A stretch of 64,000 bases of DNA from a bacterium (GTDB taxonomy: Bacteria > UBA8248), in NCBI GenBank assembly GCA_965207065.1, contig OZ242260.1, positions 2,336,001 to 2,400,000 of the forward strand, given 5' to 3'. Shown here one piece after another: positions 59,339-64,000 of this stretch. The notes under the pieces are model-generated. The model was not told where the DNA came from, did no database searches, and saw only the letters and a list, made by a program, of their open reading frames with translations. The position numbers and the translations under genes were made by a program. Position 1 is the stretch's first letter, and each line of letters begins with the position of its first letter.

Positions 59339-59491
59339 GTAGTGCTAATCGCGGCGTTCTTAGGCGGCACGCCCCGGTTGGTCGGCGAGAGGAGTAGCCG
59401 ATTGGGTCGGCGCTCCTCCGCCACGCAATCATACATCTCGCAACTACCCCCTGCGAGAGCCTCCTCCCGGAGACGGGAGGAGGTTTTTTTT
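59339..59491 (+). ncRNA. Candidate sigma54-dependent small RNA
   Basis: Bounded by the sigma54 promoter and a strong terminator; three internal hairpins; no credible ORF. Confidence 0.6.
59459..59491 (+). terminator. Intrinsic terminator
   Basis: GCCTCCTCCCG-GAGA-CGGGAGGAGGT followed by a T-run. Confidence 0.85.
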
Positions 59492-59649
59492 GGGGCTCCT
59501 TCCTTTCGATCTGATTTCTCTGCACCCGGTTTTCAATTGCCCGGTGTTGGGTTATGGTGCGCCCTGCATGCAATCAGGCGAACTCTACTCAATAAAATTT
59601 TCAAGAAGATGCCGGGAACTCATCTATTCAGGAAATAAGGAGCAGAAAA

Positions 59650-60648
59650 ATGGCTACGGATAAGGTGCGCCTCGCCTCTATCGGGCTTGGCTGGTGGGGC
59701 GGCGTTCTGGTGGACGCCCTGAACCGCAGCGGTTCAGGCGAAGTTGTTTCGGGCTTCGCGCGCAGCGAGGATGCCAGAAAAGCGTTTTCGGAAAAACACG
59801 GCTGCCGGACCGCGGACAGCCTGGACGATCTATGGAACGACCCGGAGGTGGAAGGCGTCATCGTCGCGACGCCCCACTCCACGCATCTGGATATGATTTC
59901 TTCGGCCGCATCGGCAGGAAAACACGTGTTCGTCGAAAAACCGCTCACCCTGACGGTCGATGACGCGAAAAAGTCGGTCGAGGCGGCCAACGCAGCGAAC
60001 GTCACCCTGCAGGTCGGTCATCACCGCCGCCGCCAAGGCGCGAACCGCAAGATGCGCGAGATGATCGACAATGACGAACTCGGCGTTGTGCATCAGCTCG
60101 AAGCCAACCTCTCGCTTCCCATGGGTTTCGAAGCAAGAGACGGCTGGCGCAACGACCCCGCCGAATGCCCCGCAGGCTCGATGACGGGCCTGGGCGTCCA
60201 CATGATCGACAACCTGCAGTACCTGGCAGGCCCCGCGAAGCGGGTGGCCGCATTCAGCAAGCAGCTGCTCGGCAAGACGAATCTGGACGATGCGACGAGC
60301 ATCATCATCGAATACGAGAGCGGCCCGCTGGGCCATATCGGCAGTTGTTTCGTGGTTCCCAAAATCTGCGACACAGCGGCCTTCGGCACGAAGATGAGAG
60401 CCTACAGCGAGGAAGAGGGCGGCAAGCTCTACGTGGCCAAGGTGGGCGTAGATGCCCGGACGGAAGTCGAGGTCGAGGGCGGGGACGCCCTGGCGGATGA
60501 GATGGATGAGTTCTGCAAGTGCATCCGGGGCGAAGCGACGCCCGAAACCGGCGGGCCCGAGGGGCTCGAGGTCGTCGCCGTGCTCGAGGCGGTCGTGCAG
60601 AGCGCGACGACCGGCCAGGTGGTGGACGTGGCGGCCCTTCGCGGATAG
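59650..60648 (+). CDS. Gfo/Idh/MocA oxidoreductase
   Basis: IGLGWWG, ATPHSTH, GKHVFVEKP, GVHMID. Confidence 0.92.
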   Translation: MATDKVRLASIGLGWWGGVLVDALNRSGSGEVVSGFARSEDARKAFSEKHGCRTADSLDDLWNDPEVEGVIVATPHSTHLDMISSAASAGKHVFVEKPLTLTVDDAKKSVEAANAANVTLQVGHHRRRQGANRKMREMIDNDELGVVHQLEANLSLPMGFEARDGWRNDPAECPAGSMTGLGVHMIDNLQYLAGPAKRVAAFSKQLLGKTNLDDATSIIIEYESGPLGHIGSCFVVPKICDTAAFGTKMRAYSEEEGGKLYVAKVGVDARTEVEVEGGDALADEMDEFCKCIRGEATPETGGPEGLEVVAVLEAVVQSATTGQVVDVAALRG

Positions 60649-60674
60649 CTTTTGGCATTTTTCTGGAGGAAACG

Positions 60675-62921
60675 ATGGCTCAGATGACGCACGTCGGCAC
60701 GTCGCCGACGAAAGAAGACGCTCTGGCGAAAGCGGTCGGTGATACCGTTTACGGCGATGATTTCCACCTGCCGGGCGAGATATACGGGAAAGCCGTCCGC
60801 GCCACGATGACGCCGGCGAAGATCAAGGAAATTGACGCGAGCGAGGCGCTCGCGCTGCCGGGCGTGCACTGCGTCCTGACGGCGAAGGACATTCCCGGCC
60901 AGAACGCGGGCCGCTATCCCGATTTCCCGGTACTGGCCGAAGACGTCGTTCTGGACATCGGCGATGCGGTCGCGCTCGTGGCCGCCGACACGCGTGATCT
61001 GGCCGAAGAAGCGGCATCGCGCGTGCGGGTCGTCTACGAACCGCTGCCGGGCGCATACGACTTCGCCGGCTTGGAAGAGGGCGAGGTGGTCTGCGACTGG
61101 AAGACGGATAAGGGCGACCTGGAGGCCGGCTTCGCCGAGGCGGACGTGATTGTCGAGAACACTTACTTTTCCGCCTGTCTGGATCACGCCTTCATCGAAC
61201 CCGAAGGCGGCGTCGCCTGGGTGGACGAGCGCGGGGTGGTGAACATCCGCGTGCCCACCCAGATGATCGAGAACTACCAGAACGTGGCGCGGACGCTGGA
61301 TCTTCCGCTCAGCCGCGTGCGCTACGAATGCCCGATGCTGGGCGGAGCGTTCGGCGGCAAAGAGCACCCGCTGCTCGGCGCTTTCATGGCGCTATTGTCG
61401 ATCCGGACGGGACGGCCCGTGCGCATGGCCTACTCGCGCGAGGAGACCATGAACACGGGCAGCAAGAAACATCCCTTCCTCATGAAGTACAAGACGGGCG
61501 CCACGAAGGACGGGAAGCTCACCGCCATAGAGGTGGACATCATCGGCGATGCGGGCGGCTACGCGGCCAACAGCAAGGGCCTGCTCCTGGGCGCTCTCGT
61601 GGTGAGCGGCGGCCCCTATGAGATTCCCAACGCAAAGGGCCGCGCGCGCGCCGTCAGGACGAACAACCCCTTCACCGAGGCGATGCGCGGCGTGGGCGCG
61701 AACCAGGTGTGCTTCGCCTACGAGGCGCAGATGGATGAGCTGGCGGACAGGCTGGGGATGGACCCGCTCGAATTCCGCGAGAAGAACTTCATCGCCAGGG
61801 GCGAGACGCTCATGCAGAACCAGCCCGTTCCCTCGCGCGTGATGCTGCCTGAACTGGCAGAGGAGACCAAGAAGCTCATCGGCCGCTCGGCGGGCCGCGT
61901 CCCAGAGAAAGACCACGGTCCCTGGCGCGTGGGTGTAGGGTACGTCGCGAACATCGGCGGATACGGGAGGCCGAGGAACGAGGGCGAGGTCTATGTGTCC
62001 ATTGATCTCGACGGCAGCGTGAACGTGCGCACGGGCGCATCGGACGTTGGCGCCGGCCAGACGCAGACGAACCGCCAGATCGCCGCCGAAGCTCTCGGCA
62101 TCGCTCTTGAGGACGTGACGGTCACGATGTCGGATTCCCACGTCACCCCGCTCGTGGGCGTTACGGCGGGCTCGCGCCAGACGATGATCTCGGGCGGCTC
62201 GTGCTACCGCGCATCGACGGAGCTTAGGGACAGGATACTGAAAGGCGCTGCGGAACTGCTCGAAGCGAACCCTGAGGATCTGGATATCCGCGAGGGGCGC
62301 GTTTACGTCAAGGCCGCAGAAAAGCGCGGTGTCGCCTTCGCCGAGGCCGCCGCCCAGTGCAAGAAGATGGGCGTCGACCTACACACGGTGGGCAAGACGA
62401 AAATCGGCGTCCACGAGTTTGAGGGCCACGAGCAGTACGGCGACGCGGGCGGCTGGATGGACTACGTGTTCGGCATCCACGCGGCCGAAGTCGAGGTGAA
62501 CGTCGATACGGGCGAGCTCCGCGTGCTCAACTACTGGTCGGGCCACGACGTCGGCCAGTCCATCAACGTGCAGCACGTGGAAGGCCAGTTCGAGGGCGGC
62601 ACCATGATGGGCGTCGGCCACGCCCTGGCCGAGGAAGTCTTGACGCAAAAGGGCGCGCTCCTGAACAACGAGTTCCACGGCTACCTCATCCCCACCTCGG
62701 TGGACACGCCCGAGTGGGACAACGTGATCATGGAGTCCGGCGAGGGTCTCGGTCCCTTCGGGGCGAAGGGCATCGGCGAGCCTCCCTGCACGGCGGGGGC
62801 CGCAGCTGTGGCCTGCGCGGCGGGCCAGGCGATAGGCGCGCGCCTCACGCGCATCCCCATCACGCCGGATCACGTCATGGAGGTGCTCGGCCGCCTGAAG
62901 ACGAACGGAAGCCAAAGCTAG
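60675..62921 (+). CDS. Xanthine dehydrogenase-family molybdopterin-binding large subunit
   Basis: HAFIEPE, GGAFGGK, AMRGVG, TAGSR, GQFEGG, GPFGAKGIGEP; GGAGG RBS. Confidence 0.93.
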   Translation: MAQMTHVGTSPTKEDALAKAVGDTVYGDDFHLPGEIYGKAVRATMTPAKIKEIDASEALALPGVHCVLTAKDIPGQNAGRYPDFPVLAEDVVLDIGDAVALVAADTRDLAEEAASRVRVVYEPLPGAYDFAGLEEGEVVCDWKTDKGDLEAGFAEADVIVENTYFSACLDHAFIEPEGGVAWVDERGVVNIRVPTQMIENYQNVARTLDLPLSRVRYECPMLGGAFGGKEHPLLGAFMALLSIRTGRPVRMAYSREETMNTGSKKHPFLMKYKTGATKDGKLTAIEVDIIGDAGGYAANSKGLLLGALVVSGGPYEIPNAKGRARAVRTNNPFTEAMRGVGANQVCFAYEAQMDELADRLGMDPLEFREKNFIARGETLMQNQPVPSRVMLPELAEETKKLIGRSAGRVPEKDHGPWRVGVGYVANIGGYGRPRNEGEVYVSIDLDGSVNVRTGASDVGAGQTQTNRQIAAEALGIALEDVTVTMSDSHVTPLVGVTAGSRQTMISGGSCYRASTELRDRILKGAAELLEANPEDLDIREGRVYVKAAEKRGVAFAEAAAQCKKMGVDLHTVGKTKIGVHEFEGHEQYGDAGGWMDYVFGIHAAEVEVNVDTGELRVLNYWSGHDVGQSINVQHVEGQFEGGTMMGVGHALAEEVLTQKGALLNNEFHGYLIPTSVDTPEWDNVIMESGEGLGPFGAKGIGEPPCTAGAAAVACAAGQAIGARLTRIPITPDHVMEVLGRLKTNGSQS

Positions 62922-62955
62922 ACGAACGTACCGGGCACGAGATTTTCGCATTGGA

Positions 62956-62987
62956 AACGCCCCGCATTCGCTGCGGGGCGTTTTTTC
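62956..62987 (+). terminator. Intrinsic terminator
   Basis: AAACGCCCCGCA-TTCGC-TGCGGGGCG followed by a T-run. Confidence 0.8.
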
Positions 62988-63041
62988 GTCTTTAGATGAA
63001 AAAGAAAACCACTTCGCCTCGATGAATATTTCGATTCTGTG

Positions 63042-63239
63042 GTAGGGGCAGGCCCCGCGCCTGTCCGAGGCCCCGTGCCTGCTCCTACGGTTATAAAATC
63101 CCCATAGGCCTGAATTGCAGATTGCCGTCATTCCTAGATAGTGATTTGGCTTCAGGGATGCGAGGGAGTGTAGGGGTCGCATAAATGCGACCCTGCTTTT
63201 TTGCCGTCCAGCAATGGGCCGCATGTATGCGGCCCCTAC
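63042..63239. repeat. GTAG REP cluster
   Basis: Copies at 63042, near 63069-63088 (reverse), 63170 and 63216-63239 (reverse). Confidence 0.7.
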
Positions 63240-63466
63240 AATTGGTTTTCCAGACGAAGAGGGAGTGGTTTCGCTTATGCCCACTCCTCCTCCGCAGCCC
63301 CGAAAATTCCATGAGTGGAACCTTACCCCGTCGTAACACTAGATAGGATGAAATCAAGAAATGCGCGGAGCGGCTGTCGGATAAGAATGTACGGCAATAC
63401 CGCTTTTCGATCCCTACGCAGGAGATTGGCGCCGCCTTGGTTGTGCGATCAGGGAGGAGCAAAACC

Positions 63467-64000
63467 ATGCACACCAAACTGTCGAACGAAGGCCCGGCTT
63501 GCAGAGCGTGGGCCGTATCCAGACCGTTCCGGGCGTATGGCTTGGCCGTTTTCCTTGCCTGCGCGGTTGTAATCGGGCTGTTGCCGCAGGCGGCCATTGC
63601 CAAAGCGGAGAATGGCTACCGCCTTAGCGGTCCCTACACGCAGAACAATCTCGCCGTCTATCTGATTCACCGCGAGCGCCGAAGCGTCGGCCCCGCGCCG
63701 CTCACCTTGGGCGAGGCGATGAGGCAGGGCCTCGTCAAAGTCGTCGAAACGGGCAGCGTCAGCCGGCTCATGGTCCGCAATCTGGGCGACCGCGAGGTCT
63801 TCATCCAATCGGGGGACATCGTCAAGGGCGGTAAACAGGACCGCGTTCTGCTCACCAGCATGATTATCCCCCCGAACTCGGGCGACATCCCCATCGGCGC
63901 CTTTTGCGTCGAGGCGGGACGATGGGCCAGGCGCGGCCTGGAGAATATGAGCGCGTTTTCGATGTCCGCGTACCGCATGCCCTCGCGGGCGGGGAAGATC
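63467..64000 (+). CDS. ARPP-1 (DUF6569-like) domain protein with signal-like N-terminus; runs off the right edge
   Basis: Not in the ORF track; translated by hand: NLAVYLI...LTLGEA...VFIQSGDIVKGGKQDRV...FCVEAGRW; GGAGGAG RBS. Confidence 0.75.
   Translation, partial: MHTKLSNEGPACRAWAVSRPFRAYGLAVFLACAVVIGLLPQAAIAKAENGYRLSGPYTQNNLAVYLIHRERRSVGPAPLTLGEAMRQGLVKVVETGSVSRLMVRNLGDREVFIQSGDIVKGGKQDRVLLTSMIIPPNSGDIPIGAFCVEAGRWARRGLENMSAFSMSAYRMPSRAGKI

Noticed and set aside
59342-59638. 98-aa ORF, or a Moco riboswitch, upstream of the oxidoreductase
   Set aside because: The ORF has no RBS and crosses a strong terminator; I could not match Moco-motif features with confidence.

Overview
The window has two parts. 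(1) About 1-35.5 kb is a GC-rich integrative conjugative element (ICE). From left to right it has a RIT-type recombinase element inserted in its leading region, a GHKL ATPase, a large ParB-like protein, a triple-HTH Cro/excisionase-like gene, and a complete F-type tra operon (traALEKBVC, trbI, S26 peptidase, traWU, trbC, traNFHG). These are followed by a convergent exclusion-like gene, TraD, a MOB-F relaxase-helicase, a solo Mrr_N-like gene, a CI-like XRE/S24 repressor, RecQ and two coupled, apparently intact tyrosine integrases. (2) About 35.8-64 kb is host chromosome. It carries a crotonase, CIRCE-groES-groEL, a TonB-like gene, a DtxR/MntR regulator, a cupin and gpsA, then a repeat-rich variable patch (ART-like protein, DNA methyltransferase-HNH fusion and its truncated duplicate, zincin lipoprotein). 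After that come tctCBA, MBL hydrolases, ArsR-SRPBCC-DinB, an oxidoreductase, a xanthine dehydrogenase-family subunit and a partial ARPP-1 gene. Four signals stand out. A 27-bp inverted repeat pair brackets the whole 23-kb transfer block, and inverting at it would restore a divergent cI/cro arrangement. A candidate sigma54-dependent, enhancer-controlled ~150-nt sRNA lies at 59.3 kb. The MTase-HNH locus looks modular. The RIT end has a 32-bp palindrome with a dif-like core. All product calls come from motif recognition by eye; no searches were run.
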